DNA of 51,539 nt from Octopus bimaculoides (GCF_001194135.2 NC_069002.1:4277881-4329419); one strand, 5' to 3'. Counted from the stretch's first letter, positions 1 through 12,542 are shown. Notes: generated by a model not told the origin, from the sequence alone. A program made the numbers and translations.

Positions 1-52
1 TTTTTAAACATTTGCTTTATATATATAATATATATATAAAATATATATATAC

Positions 53-98
<46 letters not shown>

Positions 99-700
99 AT
101 TATATGTATGTATAATATATATACGTATGTATATATGATATATATACGTATGTATTATGTATATATAATATATATATAGATGTATATTTATATATGTATA
201 TATATGTGTATGTACATACTCTAATATTTATATAATTATTTGGTAATGCTTGCAAAAACAAAAGCAAAAAAAAAAGTAATGATAACTCATAAGTATAATT
301 AACAATGATAATCATTTCAGGCACAAGGCCATGAAACTATTATTACTATTACTACTACTAATACAACAATAATAATAAAAATAATGATAATAAAGAAAAT
401 ATGATTAACAGTAATGGAAAAAAAATAATGATTATTATTCATACCACTAGCAATATTTATAACAATTATAATAATCATGATATTAATGGTGATGATAATA
501 ATGAAATAAAGAGTAAAATAATAACGGAAGACCTATTCTAGATTTCACAAAACTGATTTTATTAAGCAAAGAAAAACAATTTTTTTATAAATAAATTTCA
601 TATGAAATAAAAAATATATAAAATATCAATAAAAAAAATATCTAAAAAAAATACAAGAAATTTTGATTGATATATAATTTGTATGTGTGTGTGTGTGGGG
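1..700. repeat. (TA)n microsatellite and AT-rich low-complexity DNA
   Basis: Direct inspection. Confidence 0.9.
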
Positions 701-1196
701 GGGTAATCAGATATTTGTTTCGTTAGATCTCATCCTCATCATCGTTTGACGTCACATCCACTTTTCCATGTTGGTTGAGGGTGCCTTTCCTGTCACCAAC
801 CCTCACCTGTTAACGAGTAAGGTAATATTTCCCCCCACAACCAGACATGTTTTTGTGGAAGATTGGAAAGAGACACCACATACATGATAGTGGCACTCGT
901 TTACAACTACCACATAACGTCATGGCAAGGAGGCATTAAAACACACACACCATCATCATCAACATTTACTGTCTGCTTTCCAAGCTGGTATGGGTTGGAT
1001 GGCTTGACATTGGTCAACCTGGGACTATAATAAGAAACACATGCCCAAGGTGCCACACAGTGGGACTGAACCTGGGACCATGTGGCTGGCAAGCAAACTT
1101 CTTACCACACAACCATGCCTGCATCATTGATATGTATACACACACATTTATATATACACTCCCAAGCACACACACACATAATCTGTGTATATGCAT

Positions 1197-1525
1197 CCTG
1201 GCACTCCGCCGGTTAATATGACAAGGATTCCAGTTGATTCAATCAACAGAACAACATGCTTGTGAGATTAATATCTACATGGCTGAGTACTCCACAGACA
1301 TGCATACCCTCAGTGTAGTTCCCAGGGAGATTCAGCGTGACACAGAATGTAACAAGGCTGGCCTCTTTGGATTATGGGTACAACTCATTTTTGCCAGCTG
1401 AGTGGACTGGAGCAACGTGAAAAAAAAAAGTTTTGCTCAAGGACACAACATGTGGTTGAGAATTGAACTCGTGAACTTACAGTCGGGAGCCAAATACCCT
1501 AACCAATAAGCCATGCACCTTCACC
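1197..1525 (-). mobile_element. tRNA-derived SINE
   Basis: Minus-strand head GGTGCATGGCTTATTGGTTAG...GAGTTCAATTC (A/B-box-like) followed by a gtgtccttgagcaa central motif. Its tail recurs in the opposite orientation at 16125-16330. Confidence 0.7.
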
Positions 1526-4500
1526 TTGAATCTTGTGTGTGTCATTGTTCATCATTGTTGTTACAACACTTTTGCATGTTTGCATGGATCAGAATAGAAT
1601 TCTTTGGGGCTGAGTTTTTCTAAAAACCAGAAACCCTTTCTGCTGCCCCCTGCCACTTGGAGCAACATCAGTCTGAACATTTTTGCACGGAGAACTGAAA
1701 ACATTGTGCAACTGGTCAAGGAAGCTGGGCTTTCACAGTGGACTGCAAGCAAATGGCATCATTCCTAAAACCACTGTATATATACAACCAGTGAATGATC
1801 ACATGTGGGAACAATACACATCATCATCATCATCATCATCATCGTCATCATCATTCAATGTCAATATGAGACCTTTTGTGACTCAACAGAAAGTTATGAT
1901 TCATTCTTGAATATTATTGGTCTTTTTTTCTCCACCAGGAATGTAATCAATTTCTTACATGCATTGGTTGATAGGGTGAGGCTTCTGTATTTTTCTGGTC
2001 CCTATAACCAGAGACCTTTAGAAAAAGTCATTAGGGCATCTTTTTTCCTTTCCTCTTTTTTTTTTTAATTATTTTCTTTCTATTGTGGGTTGTAATTAAT
2101 TTTCTAATTTAGAAACAAGGACAGCAATTTTGTGGGGAGTTGAACTACTTAATATTTTCAACCCCTGTACTTGACTGATAATTTATTTTAATCCTGAAAG
2201 ATAAAGGGGAGAACTGACTTTGGTAGGATTTGACCTCAAAATGTAAATGACTGGAGGAAATACCAGCACTTTGTCCATTGCACTTATGATCCTGACTATT
2301 GAGTGCAGAACATCAGTTCAGGTTTTACTTACAACATACCGACACAATGGATGTTGTAGCGAGTTTGTTTGTCATTTAGACTACCTGGCTGACAAACCCA
2401 ACTTAGATGCTTCCTCTTCAGTTTATGAGAAAAACAGAGAAATGCAACAGCTGAAAGACAAAGCAAGACATGTGGCGTTCTACTTGTTTGGCAAGTAAAT
2501 TGATTTGATCTGATCTGAACCGAGATTGAGAACATATCTTAAAAACCTTAACAATTATATTAGAAAAAGAATTTCACACATACAACACATGTGTATGGGT
2601 GTGTGTGTGTACGCATGCCATTGTGTGTTCGATTTTGTTGTTTCATGTTAAGACTACTCTTACTTTCGCAGATTACCCTTTTCTCTTTGATGCAAAACTG
2701 TTTTGAAAATGTTCATATCAAAGCCTAAAATATAAACTTCTCATTGTAAGTTGATTTTACAAAAACTTGTTAAGTTTGTTCCTTAGCATCAGTTTAAACC
2801 CCTTTAGTCACCATATTTCTATCAAAATACGCTGATTTTGTTTCCTATAAAGTGACGAAAACTCTCACTGGACATCTATGACTGGATCACTGACACAAAC
2901 GCTGTTATGGAATTATGTTGGTGGTCAGATCATCAATGTATTAACGCCAACACATTTTGACATTTTAACTCCTTTACCCATTTCAGTCCATAACACTTCG
3001 TTCTACTTTGCTCTGGTGGGTGGGAGAGTGACAGAATCATTGGAGTGTTGACAGAGACTTTATGGTAAATCCTCCTGCTCTCTACATTGTGAGTTCAAAT
3101 CCTAATGTCCTGGAGAAGCCAATGGGAAACCACTCCAGTATTCATCCTAAGCCTAGTTATGGTAGCCGAAGCTCCAGGAGAGAGTACGGGCCCTCCCAGT
3201 TAATATATATAGTGCTAAAGAAGGCTCATACTAAAGTGCAGACCACCGTTAGACTGGACTGATTCACTACTGTACCTATGACAAACCCATCTTATTTTTT
3301 TTACAGAGTATCTAGAGACCAGCATCATCATCACATGTCCACTTTTCCATGCCTGCATGGATCAGACAAAATTCATTGAGGCAGATATTCAATGGCCAGG
3401 TGCCCTTCCTGTCACCAACCCTCACCTGTTTCTTAGCAAAATAATATTTCCCTATGTTTAGACTTGTCTTTTTCATAAAACACTAGAAAACGAAGAACGT
3501 CCTTGCTAGTATGGCGATAATGCTCATTTACCATGTCCGCTAAGTTCACTGTCCTCATTCAACAGGGAAACTTCACTATCATCAATTCACTGTTTCTTTT
3601 TCAATAAAGTTGTTTTTAACTCATAATAAGTGAGATAATGTGGATATATTTTCTCGGTGAACTTTCTTCACAATGAATTGATGGTGGTGAACTTTCCCTG
3701 TGGTGAGCTTATCCGTAATCCACTTTTACAACCATGACATGATGTCTAGTCAGAAATACACACACACAGACATTGGAGCTCAACACAGACCCCGCATTGC
3801 ACTGGTTCCCTGTCAAATCATCCAATCTATGCCAACATGAAAAGCAGATTTCAAATGGTGGTGATGATATATATGAATATAGATTTGGTGATGCTACAGT
3901 TATTTTATATATAAATATAAAATAATACAGGTAGGCTGAGGTTGACTACAGCTGTTTCCAACCTGTTTTTTTTTTTTATGAACAGATCAATTACATCATG
4001 TAAAAAAACAGTTTTCTTCAGGTGAATTAATAGTAAAATTTAACATTTAGGATTTTTCACACAAATAGCATATAATGCATATTGACCCTCTCATCTTGGT
4101 GTCAGTTCAGATGCTAATCCTATTAGATCCTGAAAATTTTATATATATATAGTTTTAAGATCCAAATGATAGAATCAACAAAAAAAAAATGTACTCCATC
4201 CAGTGAGTTTATATCAATTTAAATTCACAACTGAAAGAGCTACTAATAGATCCGTTCTTTTATGGTACTTGAACAGGCATATTTATAATCTTTAAGATAC
4301 ATGGTATATTTTATAAATATGCCTGTTCAAGTATCATAAAAGAATGAAACTATTTGCATCTCTTTCAGTTGTGTATTTGAATTGATATATATAATATATA
4401 TAATGTGTCTATTTGCATGTGTGTATATACATGTGTGTCTATGCATATGTGTGTGTGTGTATACCCTTATCTTCATAGCATGTGATTCTGGTTAACAAGC

Positions 4501-4809
4501 ATCACAATCTCACAATGTGTAATGCTACACTGGTCTTCGCCAGAAATATTTGATCCTAGGCTGACAGGGTTTTTTTCTTTTTTTTTTTTTCTCGTTCAGA
4601 GTTGACTCGGGGCTAAAGAACACCAACAACATTAGCAACTCTTTGTATTCTTTGGAGGTCAATGAGACTGCTAATGTTTTTACATTAAAATCAAGAACAA
4701 AGTCAATAATAGGCTTTATATTTTACCGTCCCTATACTCTTGTACTCCTAACCACAATAGACTTAGCCTTGTGCTCACTGAAAAAAAAAAACCTAAAAAT
4801 CAATACATC

Positions 4810-4842
<33 letters not shown>

Positions 4843-5167
4843 CTATATATTATATATATATATATGTATGTTGTGTGGATATGTATATCTATGTGAGGTA
4901 TGTGTGTATATTTATGTGTATCGATGTATATCTAATTGCTTTTTGTGCCTGCTGTTTCATTCCTTTTGTGTTTATCTTTTTCCTTGCTTTTGTATGTTTT
5001 GTTATCCTGGTTTTATATGATATGATATAACTCTTTAAACAAATCGATACAACACGCACACATTTTTTTGTATTAAAAATAGCATTTTGATTGTGTGTGC
5101 ATATGTCATATGCATAAAATACATTACAGACATTAACATTTTATAAATATATATATATATATATATA

Positions 5168-5651
5168 GGCGCAGGAGTGGCTGTGTGGTAAGTAGCTTGC
5201 TTACCAACCACATGGTTCCGGGTTCAGTCCCACTGCGTGGCACCTTGGGCAAGTGTCTTCTACTATACTCTCGGGCCGACCAAAGCTTTGTGGGTGGATT
5301 TGGTAGACGGAAACTGAAAGAAGCCCGTCGTATATACGTGTAAGTATGTATGTATGTATGTATGCTTGTATGTGTATGCATGTATATGAATGTATAAACG
5401 AGTATGTGTTAGTGTCGCCTTGTCTTGATATCGCATTAGCTGTAAATGAGTTTCACCATCATACAAGCAGTGTCATTAATTTCCAATCTTCCATGAAAAC
5501 ATGTCCAGCCGCAAGGAAATATTACCTTACTTGGAAATGGATGAAGGTTTGTGATAGGAAGGACATCCAGCCATAGAAAATCTACCTCAGTAAATTCTGT
5601 CCAACCCATGCTAGTATGGAAAAGTGGGTGCTAAAATGAGGATGATGATGA
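5168..5651 (+). mobile_element. tRNA-derived SINE with internal (TATG)n tract and LINE-like (ATG)n tail
   Basis: GGCGCAGGAGTGGCTGTGTGGTAAG (A box) ... GGTTCAGTCCC (B box) ... caccttgggcaagtg. The head recurs at 15480-15662, 36740-36890, 38390-38510 and 39361-39520. Confidence 0.85.
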
Positions 5652-6074
5652 TATATGTATATTCTTTCAAAATTACGTCAGAAACTTGTTTTCTATAAAA
5701 AAAACAATTTTCCTTTTCTTTTGTATTTTTGTCAATAACTTACCTCTGCTTTATATTACAACCTGTTTCTACATATTTCTAAGCTGGCCTTGAGGTGTCA
5801 TATAAACCTATATGCTGAAGTATGGCCAGGCTCAAAAATAAAGAAATGAAATTTCCTCATGACAACATTTCTAACAAGTATACATTGTGCTTCAGTTAAT
5901 TGAGCATTTGTAAAGATTTAGCGAAAGAGAAAAAAAAAGACTTTATAAAATTTTATCAAAATGGTGTTTAAAGAATAATTTAAAAAGACAAATATTATTG
6001 GTACATTGGCATATTAAGATGGCTGTTTGAAACATAACTGAAGACTGCTGTACATTAGTATATTAATACGGTGT

Positions 6075-6425
6075 TTGCCTTTCATTCTTTCAGGGTTGAC
6101 AAATTAAGTACCAGTTGAGCGCTGGGTTGATGTAATCCACTAAGCGTCCCACCAAAGTTTCTGGCACTTGTGCCTTCAGTAGTAAGCTTGATTATTATTG
6201 AGTTGGGCAGCTAAGGCAGCTAAGCTGCCAGAATCGTTAGCACATCAGGTGAAATGCTTAGCGGTATTTCATCCGTCTTCACATTCTGAGTTCAAATTCT
6301 GCTGAGGTTGACTTTGCCTTTCATTCTTTCTGGGTCGATAAAATAAGTACCAGTGATACATTGGGGTTGATGTAATTGACTACAAAATTTCAAGCCTTGT
6401 GCCTTTAGTAGAAAAGATTATATAC
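6075..6425 (+). mobile_element. Two adjacent copies or fragments of a second SINE family (gagttcaaatt...ctttgcctttcat)
   Basis: Homologous to the 14455-14668 copy, with CpG-to-TpG changes. Confidence 0.75.
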
Positions 6426-7109
6426 TATACATGTAGGTCATGGACATGCCAAAAAAATTTTTTAAAAAAATAATAAACAAAAATGCATCAAAAGTAGGTC
6501 ATTACAAATAGAAGTTTTGCTTTTGATTTAGATTAAAGACTGGCCATGCTGTGATAGACTTCATAACAATCAATTTATTTTAAAAGCATTTAAAATCCAG
6601 CATAGTTGCCTGGTTAAGAAGGTCACTTTGTAACCACATGGTTCTTGGGTTCAGTCCCAGTGTACAGTGCCTTGGGCAAATGTGTTTTAGTACAGATCTA
6701 GGTTGATCAATGCCTTCTGTGCAAATTTGATACATGGGAATTGTGTGCAAATCCAATCTATATATATATATAAATATATCATCATCATCAGCACCATCAT
6801 TGTTTAACGTCTGCTTTCCATGCTGGCATGGGTTGTACTGTTTGACAGGAGCTGGCTCGGCGGGAGTCTGCATCAAACTTCTGTGGCTGTTTTGGTACGG
6901 TTTTTACAGGTGGTTGCCCTTCCTAACACCACCCACCCAACAGGTGTGCCTTTGTAATTTGTCCCTCACCACTTCAACTTTTTGCTCAAGAATACAGCGC
7001 ATTGCCCTGTCCAGGGATCATCTAAGCTACTGAGCCCTTCCTGGAGTGATGTAGGTCTGTGAGACGAAAACCTGAAAATGTAGATTAGTACAATCAAGTC
7101 AGATCCTGA

Positions 7110-7690
7110 ATTGATATCTGGTCCTTGCATATATGCTAGGGGCTGTCTTAGCAGTATTATAGACCTCAGAAAAAATCAGTGCATTGGGTCCCATACTATT
7201 CATTGATACCTAACCACAGCATACATAGATCAGAATTTAGGTCCCTAAGGAAATCAATTGACTGGGCCCTATAGTATGTATTTATTGTTAGCAAGCCACA
7301 CCACATAGAGATCAGAATTGGGCTCTTAGACTTCTGAGACAAATCGCTGCACTGAGTCCTTTAATATTTATTGACAGTAATCCACAATAGATCAGAATTG
7401 TGCCCTGTGAGGCCCCTGAACAAATCAGTTTACTAGGCCCTTTAGTACTTATTTATTGACAGTAAGCTACAGCATATATAGATCAGAATTGGGGCCTTAG
7501 ACTTCTGAGAGCCCTCTATGTAGTCAAATCATTGCACTAAGCCCTATAGTATTTATTGATAGTAAGCCACAATATACATAAATCAGAATTTGGCCTTTAG
7601 ACCTGAGACTCCGAAGGGCAAATCAATTCACTGGACCCTATTTTATTGACAGCAAGCCACAGCATATATGTAGCTCAAAATTGGTCCCCT
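7110..7690. repeat. Degenerate tandem repeat, about 6 units of roughly 90-110 bp
   Basis: The blocks tttattgacagtaagccacagcat, agatcagaatt(g)gg and caaatc...cact recur at regular spacing. Confidence 0.8.
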
Positions 7691-9069
7691 ATACAGGAAA
7701 CTGCCCTGTGTGTACAAACCTTAAGATGACCCTGTATATGGTGTCCATCACTAGGAAAATCTCCGTCTTGGGTGCCTGTGATTACTGAGCAGGCTCAGCT
7801 TAAGTTCACAGTACTGTAGCTTTGCCGTTTGGAGCTGGCTTTACTCACCCTGGATGGTTGTTGACATGAGTTCAAAGTACAAGTAAGTACTTCTTAACAG
7901 ATGTTGCCTCTCTGTCATCATACCACAGGAAAAAGTGTGAATTTGAAACCATTATTATTATTATTATTATTAATGAAGATGATAGCAAAAATCAAGTGTA
8001 TGTTTAAACACTTTGGACATGCTTTAAAATGGAAAGTTTTGTGTGAAACAAGACTAAGAAACACATCAGGACACCATTGAATGGTTTTAAAAGAAGATTA
8101 AGACAAAGATACACCTTTCTATGTGATGAAATGGTTATAAAAGTTATCGACTGGCTGAAATGTGAAGGAGTGGTGATGATGGTGGTGGTGGTGGTGATGA
8201 TGGTGGTGGTGGTGGTGATGATGGTGGTGGTGGTGGTGGTGATGGTAATCATGGGTATTAAGNNNNNNNNNNNNNNNNNNNNNNNNNNNNNNNNNNNNNN
8301 NNNNNNNNNNNNNNNNNNNNNNNNNNNNNNNNNNNNNNNNNNNNNNNNNNNNNNNNNNNNNNNNNNNNNNNNNNNNNNNNNNNNNNNNNNNNNNNNNNNN
8401 NNNNNNNNNNNNNNNNNNNNNNNNNNNNNNNNNNNNNNNNNNNNNNNNNNNNNNNNNNNNNNNNNNNNNNNNNNNNNNNNNNNNNNNNNNNNNNNNNNNN
8501 NNNNNNNNNNNNNNNNNNNNNNNNNNNNNNNNNNNNNNNNNNNNNNNNNNNNNNNNNNNNNNNNNNNNNNNNNNNNNNNNNNNNNNNNNNNNNNNNNNNN
8601 NNNNNNNNNNNNNNNNNNNNNNNNNNNNNNNNNNNNNNNNNNNNNNNNNNNNNNNNNNNNNNNNNNNNNNNNNNNNNNNNNNNNNNNNNNNNNNNNNNNN
8701 NNNNNNNNNNNNNNNNNNNNNNNNNNNNNNNNNNNNNNNNNNNNNNNNNNNNNNNNNNNNNNNNNNNNNNNNNNNNNNNNNNNNNNNNNNNNNNNNNNNN
8801 NNNNNNNNNNNNNNNNNNNNNNNNNNNNNNNNNNNNNNNNNNNNNNNNNNNNNNNNNNNNNNNNNNNNNNNNNNNNNNNNNNNNNNNNNNNNNNNNNNNN
8901 NNNNNNNNNNNNNNNNNNNNNNNNNNNNNNNNNNNNNNNNNNNNNNNNNNNNNNNNNNNNNNNNNNNNNNNNNNNNNNNNNNNNNNNNNNNNNNNNNNNN
9001 NNNNNNNNNNNNNNNNNNNNNNNNNNNNNNNNNNNNNNNNNNNNNNNNNNNNNNNNNNNNNNNNNNNNN

Positions 9070-9138
<69 letters not shown>

Positions 9139-9318
9139 AGTTAGGTATGTTTGCTGTATGATAAATCATACATCTTTAATGTCTATAATATTGATAATAC
9201 ATTTTAAATATATATTGTATATAAACTATATTAAGATGTAATTAATATGTTGTATAACAATGTACATTATCATATATATACTTTATGTACTTTATCTACA
9301 TTCTCTATCATTATACAT

Positions 9319-9358
<40 letters not shown>

Positions 9359-11043
9359 NNNNNNNNNNATATATATATAGATGTAGTTATACAAATGTAT
9401 ATATATGAATGTATACATATGTATATATATATGTGTTCATATATTGATATATATATATATATCCATACACATATTCATATATGTATTATATATCATTATT
9501 TTTTTTCAATCATCATATTTATCAATTGTGACCATAACCCCCCCCCCCAAATGTCATTTAGCAAGGGTGTTGGGGATGGGGAGCAATGCTTTGTTTACTC
9601 TGCCTATCACCCTCTCCTCTTTATACTTACACACAGAGGAAAATATTCACAACTATTATAATTTGTTGCTCATATATTTTATATCAGTAACACCAATGGA
9701 ATTCTCCATGGTCAAAGGAGAGTGGTCATTATGGATTGGGTATTGTTCACTCTCTTTTTCTCTCTCTCTCTCCTTAAATTTGTTTTTTTTCCTTTATTAT
9801 TATTATTTTCTTTTTCTATTTCAATGTCAACATGATCAAAATTAGTCTTGTGGTCATCGCCAGTCAATCTCTACACCACCACCACCACCACCGCCACGAC
9901 CACTATCTCCACTACTACTACCACTACTGCTCTCATCATCATCATCATCATCATCATCTCGTCGACCAATATCCTGCCAGCACATGTGCTGTGCGACATT
10001 TGCACAATCAAATACCAGTACTTGAAAAAAGATAGTTCTGGGGAAGAGGTTGTTTCATTTGACTAAAATTCTTCTAGGTAGTGCCCCAGCATGGCCTCGC
10101 TCAAATGACTGAAACAAATAAAAAGAAATCTGCTACTACTGGGCTAGGCTGGAAAATCCGATTTAGAAGGAAGCACATGTCATGTGGTGCATGTGTGTGT
10201 GTGTGTGTGCCATGTGATATGTGNNNNNNNNNNNNNNNNNNNNNNNNNNNNNNNNNNNNNNNNNNNNNNNNNNNNNNNNNNNNNNNNNNNNNNNNNNNNN
10301 NNNNNNNNNNNNNNNNNNNNNNNNNNNNNNNNNNNNNNNNNNNNNNNNNNNNNNNNNNNNNNNNNNNNNNNNNNNNNNNNNNNNNNNNNNNNNNNNNNNN
10401 NNNNNNNNNNNNNNNNNNNNNNNNNNNNNNNNNNNNNNNNNNNNNNNNNNNNNNNNNNNNNNNNNNNNNNNNNNNNNNNNNNNNNNNNNNNNNNNNNNNN
10501 NNNNNNNNNNNNNNNNNNNNNNNNNNNNNNNNNNNNNNNNNNNNNNNNNNNNNNNNAACTAACACCCAAACTCAACCTCATATTTAGAAACACCAGGAAT
10601 TCTCTCAGTTCAAAAAGTCTTGTCACTTTGTTAGTGATTGGTTTAAACTCTTAAGAACTTGAATAAAACTCAAACAAAAAAAAAACAATATACATATACA
10701 CATATCTTTCAATCAATGTCTTTTAGACATCAGCAAGAAACAGCATTATATACTAATCAACAGGAGAGTAAACGAAGAACCCTGGGAGTCTGCAGCAATC
10801 AAGGATTCTTGGAGTTTGGTACATGGAAGTGGTGGTGGTGGTGGTGTTGGTGGTGCTGGGGATGGTGTTGAGTTGGAATTCTGCAAATAACCACAATCTG
10901 ATCTTTGGTCATGAAAATGATGCTAGCAGCCAAAACATGGCCTCTCAGAAAATTAATTTCTATATTCATTATGTCTTGCAAGTTGAACATGTGTAACGTA
11001 TGCATAATAAACACATCTGCATGTGAGCATGTGTCTGTCTGTT

Positions 11044-11077
<34 letters not shown>

Positions 11078-11807
11078 AATATATATATATGTTTATATTT
11101 ATGTGCATATATCTATATTTGTGTGTGTTTGTATNNNNNNNNNNNNNNNNNNNNNNNNNNNNNNNNNNNNNNNNNNNNNNNNNNNNNNNNNNNNNNNNNN
11201 NNNNNNNNNNNNNNNNNNNNNNNNNNNNNNNNNNNNNNNNNNNNNNNNNNNNNNNNNNNNNNNNNNNNNNNNNNNNNNNNNNNNNNNNNNNNNNNNNNNN
11301 NNNNNNNNNNNNNNNNNNNNNNNNNNNNNNNNNNNNNNNNNNNNNNNNNNNNNNNNNNNNNNNNNNNNNNNNNNNNNNNNNNNNNNNNNNNNNNNNNNNN
11401 NNNNNNNNNNNNNNNNNNNNNNNNNNNNNNNNNNNNNNNNNNNNNNNNNNNNNNNNNNNNNNNNNNNNNNNNNNNNNNNNNNNNNNNNNNNNNNNNNNNN
11501 NNNNNNNNNNNNNNNNNNNNNNNNNNNNNNNNNNNNNNNNNNNNNNNNNNNNNNNNNNNNNNNNNNNNNNNNNNNNNNNNNNNNNNNNNNNNNNNNNNNN
11601 NNNNNNNNNNNNNNNNNNNNNNNNNNNNNNNNNNNNNNNNNNNNNNNNNNNNNNNNNNNNNNNNNNNNNNNNNNNNNNNNNNNNNNNNNNNNNNNNNNNN
11701 NNNNNNNNNNNNNNNNNNNNNNNNNNNNNNNNNNNNNNNNNNNNNNNNNNNNNNNNNNNNNNNNNNNNNNNNNNNNNNNNNNNNNNNNNNNNNNNNNNNN
11801 NNNNNNN

Positions 11808-11865
<58 letters not shown>

Positions 11866-12271
11866 CATGTGTGTGTGTATATATATATATATGTTTATAT
11901 ATAGATATATGGTTATATGTATACGTGAATATATATATCTATATATAAATGTATACATATAAATGTGTGTGTGCAATATTATGTTTGTAAGGTGTGTTAT
12001 GTTCCATCATGCTCTGTAAATCATATAAATAAAAACATTTTTTCCTTCTTTCTCTCTTTCTCTCTGTTTTCGTAATTCTCAATGAGTGAAGTCATTCTTG
12101 ACACTCTTTCAATCTTTTGTTTAAAAAAAAAAAAGAGAAAAAACAAATTGATTTTTTTTTATACCTCAATCCAGTCTAACAGCTGGTAGCTACACATGAA
12201 CACACACACACACAAATGTATATGTTTGTATACATGTATATAAAATTCACACACTCACACACACGCATATA

Positions 12272-12440
12272 TTTCTTTATTGCTCACAGGGGACTAAACA
12301 TAGAGGGAACAAACGTGGACAGAGAAAGAGATTAAGTCGATTACATTGACACCAGCGCATAACTGGTACTTATTTAATCGCTCCCCTCCCAAAAGGATGA
12401 AAGGCAAAGTCAACCTTAGCGGAATTTGAACTCGGAACTC
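12272..12440 (-). mobile_element. 5'-truncated SINE
   Basis: aactggtacttatttaatcg...aaaggatgaaaggcaaagtcaacct...ggaatttgaactc is the reverse complement of the 14455 family. Confidence 0.7.
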
Positions 12441-12456
12441 GGTTTTCGGGTTAGGC

Positions 12457-12542
12457 TTATGAGTATTTTTGCCAAATTTGGTGAAAATCTGTTCAATACA
12501 CCGCCACAAACTTTTCACCAAATTTGGCAAAAATACTCATAA
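12457..12542. repeat. Perfect 31-bp inverted repeat with 24-bp spacer
   Basis: TTATGAGTATTTTTGCCAAATTTGGTGAAAA (12457-12487) is the exact reverse complement of 12512-12542. Confidence 0.9.

Larger units (their letters stand above)
4727..7921 (-). other. Candidate unidentified spliced transcript (putative exons 7921-7849, 7750-7720, 7071-6970, 5814-5744, 4777-4727)
   Basis: Several unique segments have canonical splice signals (ctaatctacattttcag|G...TG|GTGAGG; AG|GTAAGT at 5743; ttttttttcag|T...CG|GTAAAA). The first three join in frame. No protein family recognised. Confidence 0.3.

Noticed and set aside
2987-3065. Possible selenocysteine exon (in-frame TGT-TGA followed by a GTAAAT donor)
   Set aside because: No recognisable selenoprotein motif or SECIS element; a chance arrangement is more likely.
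5168-5240. tRNA-like A/B boxes here and at 14455, 15600 and 39361
   Set aside because: No complete cloverleaf, and each is followed by SINE body sequence in multiple copies; these are SINE heads, not tRNA genes.
7110-7690. CRISPR-like repeat/spacer appearance of the tandem arrays (also 20100-20890 and 31750-31890)
   Set aside because: The units are degenerate, the intervening sequences are related to each other rather than unique, there are no cas genes, and the context is eukaryotic.
7812-10818. Plus-strand exon pair (YCSFAVWSWLYSPW... and 10727-10818) that joins in phase
   Set aside because: No recognisable product; it overlaps the better-supported minus-strand candidate, and such splice-like signals are frequent by chance.
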